Shown here: positions 23,901 to 36,300 of the stretch, in pieces
Numbering within the stretch: the stretch's first letter is position 1
Layout: the number at the start of each line of letters is the position of its first letter
DNA from: Octopus bimaculoides
Lineage: Eukaryota
Length of the DNA: 64,000 nt
Assembly (NCBI RefSeq): GCF_001194135.2
Contig: NC_069000.1
Span: forward strand, 21,514,997-21,578,996
Reading direction: 5' to 3'
Made by a program: the position numbers and the translations under genes
Notes under the pieces: model-generated
The model's database searches: none
What the model was told of the DNA's origin: nothing
What the model saw: only the letters and a program-made list of their open reading frames with translations

Positions 23901-26900
23901 GTGACATATTCAAGTTAGATATTGGATATGATTAGGCTGACCTCGTGTCAGCATGAGAAATGATGACTGTTATTACAGTGGTATTCCTCATTAAAAAAAA
24001 ATTACATGGGCATTACACATATTTATTTTGCCCAATAAATCTGAGGCCTTGTATGCTATTTATGAACTTATTATCAAAATAGTGCAGGAGATGTTGATAG
24101 AGAAGAGCTTTGCTGTAACCAACACTCTGCTTTTCATCTCTCTACATGACAGTTATTATAGTGGTAAACCTCATTTAAAGAAATTGCATGGGCATTAAAT
24201 GTATTTCTTTTGCTTAATAAATCTGAGGCCTTATATATTATTTACAAACCCATTAAAATAGTGCAGGTGTTGTTGATAGAGTTTTACTGTGATCTACCCA
24301 GCACTCTGCTTTTCATTTACTGATCTTTAGCTGAAGGGATCGATTAATTATATTATGATGACCATTTATTCTGCAGGCAGAACATCACTGAGTTGATTGA
24401 CTCTGGAAGAGTTAATGGGATACTGGTCATAGATGCCAATGGTGCATCACAGCTACCACCTGAGGGATTTTCTGCAGATAAATCTTGTCCAAATGATGGC
24501 TATGGTAAGAGCTATGCGTTTATTGCTTTCCTGTTCACACTTACAATATAGCAAGAAAGAAGGTTTGAGACCTGATATGGAAGATGTTCTGTCATTTTGG
24601 TTTTGTTTGTTTATGTGAGCAGGTTTCTAATTTGAAGTGTATTTCTAGGCTTAATGTAGATGCAGGTGCAACTGTGTGACAAGAATTTTGCTGCCCAACC
24701 ACATGGGTCTGGGTTCAGTCTCACTGCTTAGTACCTTGGGTAAATGTCTTCTACTCATTGATCATTGATTTTAGTGAGGAGAATAAAATCAGTGTCTGTC
24801 TTCCTCTTTCTCTAACTTATATGTATATATTTATGTATCCATCTGTCCTTTCTTCCTCCACCTCTCTTTCCCCTCCTTTCCCTGCTTGCTTGGATTGGAT
24901 GAATTTATTGATGCAGATTTGCTGTGGTTGGATGCACTTTCTGTCATCAACCTTTACCTGCTTCCAAGTAATGTAATATTTCTCCATAGGCAGTCATGTT
25001 TTCACAGAATATCACAAATGAATGACATTCATTTACATTATGCAATATCAAGACAGGGAGACACAAACATATAGACACACACACTCATACATACATACAT
25101 ACAAGCAAGTACTTATATGATGGACTTCTTTCAGTTTTTGTCTACCAAATCCACTCACAAGGCTTTGGTTGCCCTAGTTGCTATAATAGAAGACATTTGC
25201 TCAAGGTGACACAAAACAGGACTGAACCCATGTTGAGAAGCAAATTTCTTACCACACAGTCATGCTTGCACCTATTTGCAGGGGTGTTTAGCTGTTATTT
25301 TTAGCACATTTCAGGATCACATCATACCATCCGCGTTTCTTTGTCACTGATGTGTTGATGTTTTTCAATATATTTCTCCCCATAAACATATTTAATGGTC
25401 TTTTACTGGGATTTAAGCAGAAAAATATTAAAAAAGTAAAGAAGAATAATTTTTTTTTCTATAGTCATATGAATTCCCATGTGTAGAACAAATTCACAAC
25501 AATTTTCTGAAAATCCCCCCACACACATACATACACCAAGTTACATGGGATTATATGGCATGCTTAAAGTAGAATTCCACCAGTTTTTCAACCCAATATT
25601 TACGTGCTATTTATAGATTTATGTGTGTTTTGAGATATACTATTCCAAAAATAAAAAAAAAATTAATGTTTCTGGTTCTCTTGAAAGTTTATAAAATTCT
25701 TATGATGCCAACAACTTGCAATTCTTGCTGGTGAGAATAACATTTCTAAAATGGGTCAAGAAATTCAAAGGATTTCTTTGAATAATATTTTTATTTGGAT
25801 TTTTTCTCTTGCTTATCTCCTTTTTTTTAAAAATAACTTTTGTAGGATTATACTGGAACAACACCATGTACAAAAATTGCAGAAGTGTCCAGTGGAATCC
25901 TCCAGGAAATGGTATGATGTTTCAGGACTTTAGCATTCCTATTTTTTTATTGGACAGTCCCAAAGAAGTTGAGTACATTATTGAAAAAGTAAGTAACATT
26001 TATTTGATTCTGTATAGTTTTTAAGTTATCAAACTGCAAATCAAAATATCTGTACATTGACTCATGTTTATTTATGGGTGCAGCCATGGCTGTGTGGGTT
26101 TGCTTCTCAACCATATGGTTCTTAGTTCACTTTCATTGCACACCACTTTGGGTAAGTGGGTCTTTTTTCTTCATGTTGACTAAAAGTTTTGTAAATGAAA
26201 ATTGGTGTATGGGACATGTATAGAAACCTGTCAGTAATACTGTTCCTATTCTTGACTGCTTTGTCTCATACATTAAAGCCACCACCTGACCTTTGGGTGT
26301 ATTTAGCAGAATTCAGTTTGTTGCAAACATTTGGCCAGATTTGCTTCCTTCCACCAGTTTCAGATGTTCTGGTATTCTCTTCTGAGAGAGAGACACAAAC
26401 AGACAGACAGAAGCCTAATATGAGTGTTTTACCATAACATGATTTTGGACTGCCAGGTTGCTATAGTACTGAGCAATGTGATTAAGTGTTTTTACCCTCT
26501 CATCATTAGTGTGTTGTACTTGTGGCTGAGTTTATCTTTGCTCTAAACGGGTTGTTGTTGTTGTTGTTGCTTTCAAACCAACATATCTTGTTTTTTTTTG
26601 TTTTTTTTTAATATATGCCTTTCTGTTTCTAATTCAGTGTTATGAAAAATATAACGACCCTGAAAATAACACAGGATTGCAATACCCACTGTGTGCAGCT
26701 GAGCTGAAAGACTACATGAATGCTGCCAAAGATTCGATGACATGCATGCGACGTTCCAGCCACATAACATCTTTAACCACCAGCATATCGCAATACTGTG
26801 ATCCACTCAGTAACAACAATGTTATTGGTTTTGTTAATCCAAAATCAGTTGATGACCAACTTGCAGAGAAGTCTGTTATTATTGCCGGATCCAGGGTAGC

Positions 26901-29900
26901 TGTTTTAGCATTGTTTGTTGTTGTTATTTATTTGTTTATATTTTTACGTCTTTTCCTTTTATTAAATTAATTCATTTATTAAAACTTCCTTAAGCTGTTA
27001 CATATGATCAAAAGTGTTCCACTCATAACCACCCCATCTTTTTTTGTATATCAGGAACCTGTCCACTGTGTGCTTCCTTTTTTTTTTCTAAGGTGCTAGG
27101 GTATGATTTCAGGAAGATTTGGCTACTACTTCTAGCAAATGAAGCAAGCATGTAACGGCTCCCTCATTGGTTCATTTCCTGATGAATGGGGAGAGCTGCT
27201 TGCGTTTAAAATGACTGTTCTGTTATACGACTAGTTGAGTGATGTACAGCTATCACTTGTACTGTATTATGTCCATGGACAAGACACTTTTAACAAGCAA
27301 ATGAGGCTCAGCCTCTCCACCTCTAACTAGGTACTGCAAGGTAGGAACAGTTCATTGCTGTTCACAATGGCAGCACAGGTAAATTTGGTAAGATCTTTGT
27401 TAGTTTGCAGTACTAAGCTCAAAACCTGTTGCTCTGGATATAACAAGTTGGAGTTGAATGTATTGGTGTGGGCTCTGCCAAGTTGTCATGCCGTAGAGAT
27501 ACTTCATTATAATGACACTCCAGGAAATACAGGGAAAAGGGGAGACGATTTGGTGAAGTGACCACAGCTAGTTTTCAATTTGGAATCATTGCAAATTTGT
27601 GACTGGTTAGAGAGAGAAAACATGAAGGTAGTAATATGGGGATGAGTCAAGTTTTATTTCTTTTTGGTAAGCAAAAGTTTAAAAAAAAAAAGCACGAAGG
27701 ATGTAAATTTGTTAAAATTTAAATTAAAGCTTATTCCTGATTTAGAGATGTTGTTAATGAATTGACTTGACACTATCAGGGCTTCACTCCCACTTTGTGG
27801 TTAGTTATAGGTAGGTTATCCATGCAGATGTAAAAGCAATTTTTCCAACACAACTTATGGTTAAAACAGTGTTTCCTCACCTATTTTTCCCCCAGGCCCC
27901 ACTATAGCTTTCCAGAAAAATGTCTGCCCCACCGGTGAAATATCCTTAAAGAAATATCCACACTAGGGCACTAGACTAGTGCTATACTGTAGCTAATAAT
28001 CTTCACATAGTATGCTTGGCTGGAGGGATTGGTTTGGCTAGGTTGAGTATAGATGTAGTATATTTGCTGTGAAAAAAAGATTTTCACAATTCCATATTTT
28101 ACTAAGAAAAAAGAAGAAAAATATTTTAGATCCCACACCCCACCACAATTTACCAAGGCCCAACGTTGGGAATCACTGGGTTAGAAGAGTGGACAAAACA
28201 AAAGGTCTCTATGGGTATTTTGTTCTTTGTTTTTGTTTTTTTTTTAGTCTTCTCTTTCTTGGGATTCATGCTACTAATCTAATGACTTGCTTCTTGCTGG
28301 CTTATAGCTTCTTTTAACATGAACACAGGTGTTCTTGTCAAGACAAGTGCTGCTTCATTTAATCTGCTTGTGTAGAAGTCTATTGTTAATTATGTGTATT
28401 ATCCTCTCTCTAGATGGATTACATGAATATGTTTGAGAATGTAAATAATAGTGCTGACAATCCAATCACCAGCATTGTGGCTCTTTTGTCTGCCGCTGAA
28501 GCCATTGGAAGATTTAAAGAAGACTTTATCAATTCACAAGAGAACAAGACCATCCTGTTTGCACTTTTCCAAGGGGTAAGTGGTGACATGCAGTGTTTTA
28601 TCCATTTTCAATTTTTTGTTTGTTTCATCATCATCATCATTTAACGTCTGTTTTCCATTCTGGCATGGGTTGACACTGGTGCTTTTATGTGTTACAGGCA
28701 AGGGTGCTTTTTATGTGGCACCAGCACCCACAAGCCCACAAGGTTAGGATCACTTAGCTAAAGAAGGATGCAGGAGACATCCCTGTATGCAAGGACAACC
28801 ATAATTTTACTTAACTTGATGTTAAATTCAAATTACGACAAACGTAAATAAACAAACGAAGTTTGCTTTTAGAAGCGTTGAGATGTCTTAGAAAGTTAAA
28901 GAAGTGATTTTTAAATTCTGAATCGCAGAATAATGCTAATAATATAGCCTGAACAGGATAAACTACCCCTATTTTGCAGAGAAAAGTGTAGGTGGCTAGC
29001 TGTGGACTTGATGTATCTTCTCAAGCACAGCAAATTGCCAGAAGTCTTGGTCTCTTGTCATCCTCTCTGTGAGGCCTACCATCTGAAGATCTTTTCTCAC
29101 TATGTCCAGCCTCTGTTAATTAAAATGTCAAAATTGATAAGGTAGTTGACTACCTACTCATAGGTTGTTAATTCAAATCTGTTGCAAAAATTTTTGTTGA
29201 ATTTATTGATAGACCACAGTATTCTATAATCTTATTAATTTGTGAAGGCACATGGCTGAGTGGTTAGAGTGTTGGGCTGACAATCATGAATTAGTGAGTT
29301 TGGTTCAAGGACCAGGCTGTGTGTTGTGTTTTTGAACAAGACACTATTTTTTTCATGATGCTCCAGTATACTCAACTGAGGAAATAAGTTGTGATGTCAC
29401 TTGTGCCAAGCTGTATTGGACTTTGCCTTTCCTTTGGACAACATTGGTGTCGTGGAGAGGGGAGACTGGTATGCATGGGTGACTGCTGGTCTTTTACAAA
29501 CAACCTTGTCTGGACTTGTGCCTCAGAGGGGAATTTTCTACATGCAAACCTATGGTCATTCATGACCATAGAGTTGTTAGTGAATATATACCAGTATATC
29601 AGACTTTCTTAGAGAAAACTTAATAGGGCTGTGACTACCATTGAGATAGGAAAACTGACTAAAATATGAAATGCAAAGTTGATCTTAGTAGAATTTGAAC
29701 TCAGAATGTGAAGACAAGTGAAATGCTGCTAAGCATTTTGTCTGGCATGCTAACAGTTCTGCCAGCTCATCGCCTTGATGATGATGGTTGTGGTGGTAGT
29801 AGTAGTAGTAGTAACTGTATATGTACATGTGTGTGTGTGTATATATATTTATATATATATATATATTTGAAAAAAATGAATAGAAATGGTTTTTCTGATA

Positions 29901-32900
29901 ATTTTTCCACTAATAACTAGATGTTTATAAGTTAATAAAACTTTTCGTGACTATTTTGAAGGGGGTGATGTTAAAACTTAGGTAAATAAATTTTTTTTTT
30001 AAACATAACTTGTCTGAGAATTTTTGATTATCACTTTGTATAGAATAACTTTTTCCATTAATTATAACAGTTTTTATATTAATTATAATTAATTATCCAA
30101 CTTACCAATGTTTGGATGAATTATTTTTGTTTCTTTTTAATTATTTATATGATTCTTTTATATTAATTAGGAAGCTTTTGACTATATTGGATCAAGCCGC
30201 ATGGTCTATGATATGGAAGTAGGCAGTTTCCCAACGTCATTTCGCAAAACTGGTGGCTTAAGTTATTCTCGGGCTTTGCAAAAGATTGGTTTGAATCATC
30301 TGTCTCACTTTTTGGAAGTGAACCAGCTAGGCTACAGAGAAAACGAGGCAGAAAATGTCTGGCTACACACAGACCCAATTAGTTACAATTCAAATATTTC
30401 CACTGAGGTAAAATAGCTTTTTCTTCGTTTTTTTCCTTCATATTGTAACTTAAGTCTTTGATTGATGAAATTATATTTTTGTTATTAATTTCTTAGGCTG
30501 GAATAAGACCACATATTTTAGGGCAGAGGCTCCCAAAATAGGTGGTACTGCCCTCTCCTTGGGGCAGCAAAAAGCGGGTGGCACATTGAAAAATGTGGGG
30601 CAACAATGGGGTGGCTGAAATGGGGCAATGGGTGTAAAAACAACAAAGTAATGGGTTAATCAGTTTAAGTTTTATTTGTGAAATATAGTGGTTTTGAATT
30701 TGTTTCGGAAAGTGGTCAATGTAGGAGGGGCGCTAGGAATGTAGCTTAGGTGCCAAGGGGGTGGCAGCCCGAAACAGTTTGGGAACCACTGTTTTAGAAG
30801 AGTATAGTCTATTTATATTGACCCATGATATGTGTTTTTGTGTTGGCACTCCGTCGCTTACCACGTCAAGGGTTCCAGTTGATCCAATCAACGGAATAGC
30901 CTGCTCGTGAAATTAACGTGCAAGTGGCTGAACACGCCACAGACACATGTACCCTTAACGTAGTTCTCTGGGATAGTCAGTGTGACACAGTGTGACAAGG
31001 CTGACCCTTTGAATTACAGGCACAACAGAAACAGGAAATAAGAGTGAGAGAAAGTTGTGGTGAAAGAGTACAGCAGGGTTCGCCACCATCCCCTGCTGGA
31101 GCCTCATGAAGCTTTAGGTGTTTTTGCTCAATAAACACTCACAACGCCCGGTCTGGGAATTGAAACCGCGATCCTATAACCACGAGTCCGCTGCCCTAAC
31201 CACTGGGCCATTGTGCCTCCACTTTATATATAATGATATAACTCATACTTATTTGACTCCAAAAGAACAAAAGATAGTCAACCCCTGCAAAATTTGGATG
31301 AAACAGTTTCGTTCAGTATCTACAGATTTGGCCATCCGTTGCCGTTTTTCTTAATATTATCAAATCAAAATTTACCATTTATTCCCTGTTGGTCATAGAA
31401 CATGACATTTATGGGGTTATCTTTTTTTTTCCCCTATCTTTTAGTTTTGATTGAGCTGTTTCTTATTGATTTTCAGGTACCCCTTTTCTACATATATCTT
31501 GGATTGCACAACACACGTGTCTCTCCTCTTACCAGCCATGCTACTATACTTGCCCCTCACTCTCTTCCACACTAACTACTTTGCCCAAACCCTAGGGTAT
31601 CAATCCTGTAGCATTCCCTTCCTACCCACATTTTCCCTCTTAGACTGACTAAAATATGTTCAGGATAAACATCAGCTGCATTGATTTCACTAGTTTGATA
31701 TGGCCTGTGAATGTTGTGACCACTACCCACATTCACCCATTCTCTTTTCTAACTGAATGAAAAGAAACAAAAAAATGTACATGCACTAGTATTGGTTTCA
31801 AATTTTAGCACAAGGCCAGCAATTTAGGGGAAGGTCTAAGTCATTTACATCGACCCAAGTGCTCAACGGGTACTTATTTTATGAACCTTGAAAGCAAAGT
31901 CAACCTTGGTAGAATTTGAACTCAGAACATGAGGACATGAAATATTGCTAAGCATTTTGCCTGGCGTGCTAACAATTTTGCCAGCTCACCACCTTTACAT
32001 GCACTAGTATTAAGGTACATTTACATACATCAAATTGCTATACCTTTGGATTTATATGCTCTCAAATATCAATTGTATGATACTTCATTTGTATGTATGT
32101 ATGTAATGAAAATGCACTTACACATGTGCACACTATAATCTCTGTTTCTATTTCAGATTGACGGTCTGGTGAAAAGGATAAAAAAAATTGGAGAACAGCT
32201 GAATGTTACCATAATGGAACCAGATACTTCTCGTCCTTTGCCTCCGTCTTCTGCTCAACGTTTCCTGCGGGAAACTGCACTACCAACTGTTATGCTCACT
32301 AACCACGAAAAAGAGTACACAAACATGTAAGTCTTCCTCGAAAGATACACAAGTCTCTACAATGTCACAATTTATTTTATAGTTTTGTCTTCATACCATC
32401 TTTTGTTATTTTTCTGGTTTTGGTCTTTGGACTTCAGCCATGCTGGGGCAGAGTTTTCAAGAATCTTAAACAATTATATTAACCTGAGTATTTTATTGAT
32501 TTTATAAGGGACAGTGGTAAAGTCCAACAGGACATCTATAACAATTTATTTTTTTGACCTTGCATCTCTTATTGTATTGAATTGTATGAGGTCAGTTGCA
32601 TAAAGAAGTCCTACCACTTAAAGTGGAGGGATGTTGCAGAAGAGAGAGACCCAGGAAGACAGGGAATGAAGTATTGAAGACTGATCTCAAAATGCTGAAC
32701 CTTATGCAGATGACTGAGGATTGAGATATGTGGCATATTGCTGTACTTGAGAAGAACTACTCACCACAACAGAATTGCGATCCAAAAAGCACTGGTGTTG
32801 GTGCCATATAAAAAGCACCCAGTGCACTCTGTGGAATGGTTGATGTTAGGAAGGGCATCAAATTGTAGAAATCAAGCCAAAACAGACTTGGAATATGGTG

Positions 32901-33318
32901 TGGCCCCTGGCCTTGCCAGTTCCTGTCAAGCCATCCAACCCATGCCAGCATGGAAAATGGATGTTAAATGTTGATGATGATGTATGTAGTAAATAACACT
33001 TTCAACATTTATTCATATATATGTTTGTTTATCAGTAATTGATGAAAACCAATGATTTTGGTCTTCATCATGGTTCATTGGATATTATGTATCTGTTATT
33101 GGCTAATTAGACTGACCCAGCATAGAAATAATCGTCTCAACTATAAGCAGAAGGCTTGAAAATTTGTGGGGAGAGGCATAGTTGATTACATTGACCCCCA
33201 CCTTAAAAGGATGAAAGGCTAAGTCAACCCTGGCAGAATTTAAATTCACTACATAAAGCTGTAAGAAATGCTGCGAAGCATTTTGTCCAGTATGCTAACA
33301 ATTCTGTCAGCTTGCTGC

Positions 33319-33352
<34 letters not shown>

Positions 33353-36300
33353 GTAATAATAATAATAATAGTAATAATAATAATAACAATAACAATAACA
33401 ACAACAATAACAATAACAATAACAACAACAACAACAACAATTTCAAATTTCAAATTTATGCACAAGGCCAGCAATTTGGGGGGAGGTTGTAAGTTGATCA
33501 CATTGGCCAGTGTTGAACTGGTACTTTTAATGACCCCGAAAGGATGAAAAGCAAAGTCAGCCTCAGTGGAATTTGAGCTCAGAATGTTTGTATTGATAGG
33601 GGTTTCACCTATTGGGGCTCTTCTGTGTCTGTGCTGTGTAAGTGATTCAGCTGTTGGTGTATTTGTTATAGACAGTTCTTAATTTGCTGGCATAGGCACA
33701 AGCATGGCTGTGTGGTAAGAAGCTTGTTTCCCAACCACATGGTTCTAGGTTCAGTCCCACTGTGTAGCATCTTGGGCAAGTGTCCTCTACTATAGTCTTG
33801 GACTAACCAAAGCCTTGAAACTGAAAGAAGCATTATCTCGTGTGTGTGTCCTCTCCACTACAGTTTGACAACTGGTGTTGGTTTGTAACTTAGAGACTTG
33901 GCAAAGTAAAACTGATCAAATAAGTACTAGCCTTTAAAGATAAAAGTACTGTTGGGGTTGTTTCATTCGACTAAAAAGTTCTCCAAGGTGGTGCTCCAGC
34001 ATGGCTACAGTCTAATGATTGAAACAGATAAAGGGTAGTGGAGCACCATGAGCATGGCTGCTTAGTGGATTAGTGTAAACCTCCACCTTGAAAAGTCTTC
34101 CGAAAGCTGAGGTTGCCTAGGTTGTTCTTGAACTGGCTCCCAGACATAAATTTCTGTAGCTCTTTCCACTTTTGTGTGTGTGATTGTCCAGTTTGATGTT
34201 GGTTTCAATTCAAGGCAGTCAAGAGATGACATAATCCTTTATTGTTAGTGGCCAGTTGAGGACTTCATTGATGCATTCAGCTCTTCTATCATGTGTTCTT
34301 ACCATGAATAAGAAGTATTGATCTATCAGCACTTAGAAAAGGTAGAGTTCTTGAGGACGGAGGACAATATATAGCTTTTAATGTATCATAGAACCTCTTC
34401 CAGTCATGCTTTTCAGCATAATACTGCATCTTTTCTGGGGGGTTTTTTTGTTTTTCTTTGTCTCTTTGTATGAGCCTTAAATGTTTTTGTATATTTTGTG
34501 ATCTCTCTATGATTGAGGTGCAGGTGTAGCAAGAGGTTTGCTTCCCAACCATATGGTTCTGCGTTCAGTCCTATTGCATAACATCTTGGGAATGTCTTCT
34601 TTAGCCCTAGGCTGACCAAAGCCTTGTGTGTGGACTTCGTAGACAGAAACTGAAAGATGCAGTATCTCGTGTGTGTGCCAATGTCTATCCTTATCTTGAC
34701 TTTGTTTGATAGTTGGAAAATGATTGTCACTCATACAGGCAGTGTCATTCATTCCTGTTTCCTCATTGTTGAACTCAGGAATTCAGGTCTATCAGACTTG
34801 CCTATTCTTCCTCAACTGTTACTTCACTAAACTGTAAGTTGGATAACAGTTTTAGTTGAGTGAATTGACTCCAATACTTAATTTTTGTTAAGCTTGGTAC
34901 TTATTCTATTGGTCTCTTTTGCCAAACCTCTAAGTGATGGAGATGTAAACACACCAACACCAGTCAAGTGGTAGTTGGGGAGAAACACACACACATATAT
35001 ATATATGTATGATGGGCTTCTTTCAGTTTCCATCTACCAGATCAGCCCACAAAGCTTTGGTCGGCCTGAGGCTAGAGCAGAAGACACTTGCCGAAGGTGC
35101 CGCACACTGGGATTGAACCCAGAGCCATGTGGTTGGGAAGCAAGCTTCTTACCTCACAGCCACACCTGTGCCTATTATTTATATTTGATTTGTATCTTCA
35201 TTTCTTTGGGTGATACATTTTCATCTGTTGGGACTGCTATTTTAATTCAGAGGCTTTTCTTGTCCTTGACAACAATGCCTGACAGATTAGACTTAATCCT
35301 TCTATTTCTTTGGATTGGTCACTTGATATTTTTCTGAGCTTTTCTCTAGCGTATATTTACGTTACCCTGTTTCTTGTTGGTGCGTCACAACTGGCATAAT
35401 TTCCTGTGCCAGGTGATGAGAGGCTAAAATGTGACAAAGAGACAGAAACGGGTGTGTTGCTGTAGAGGAGATACAGGGTTACCCAGTCAAAGAGAGAGAG
35501 AGAGAGAGTGAAGAATCAAGAATGGAAGAGAGAGTGAGAGGGTGAGAGTGCAAAAGATGTGTTATACAAAGGCTGATGAGGATTGTCAGTATGTTCTTTA
35601 TAATGCTTATTCTCTTCTCTCAATAATCAAACCATTCCACTTTTGTTAGTCTCCAAGCACCATTTTTCACTCAAATTGAGAACATCAACAACTCACTTTT
35701 GCATCTTTGCTTTACCTGGAATATAACACAGATGAAACAGAAGACTCAGTCTTCACCATCATAAAATTTTAATTTTATTTTATTCTTTTTTGTTTTCTAT
35801 TTTTAGATATTACAACAGTATGTTTGATCTTGGAGAACTAATTGGTGTGGATTATATTCCGGGTGGTGATATAGAGAACCTTACACTTTCAAAACAAGTC
35901 CTCCTCTTGACTAACATATCTACAGTTTTGGCACAGACACTCTTTGAATTAGGTACTGGTCAAAATGGATCTCATATAAAAGCAAACAGTTCTATAGTAA
36001 GTTATTTGAAATATCACAATTTTTTAGGTGTGTTTTTTTTTTAAGGTGGATGGCAGGTACATAGACTTTTTATGAGTAACCTGGGTTTATCAAAGTTTGG
36101 CTTATCATGCAAGCAGGACTAAAGTGGATTGATTGATTGATTGATTGACTTTTACTGTTCAGGGACTTTGGTTAATGAGTAAATATACTCACATTGTTCT
36201 CATTGTATCAGATCTAAAAGAGGGTGCTGAAAAGTTACTGGCATTAAGAGTATTGCAAAAGACCTGGTTGGAAGCCCAATCTTCCCAGTTCCTTTACAGG

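Noticed and set aside
33249-33501. Poly-Leu, poly-Asn and poly-Val/Ile ORFs
   Set aside because: Translations of an (AAT)n/(AAC)n microsatellite.
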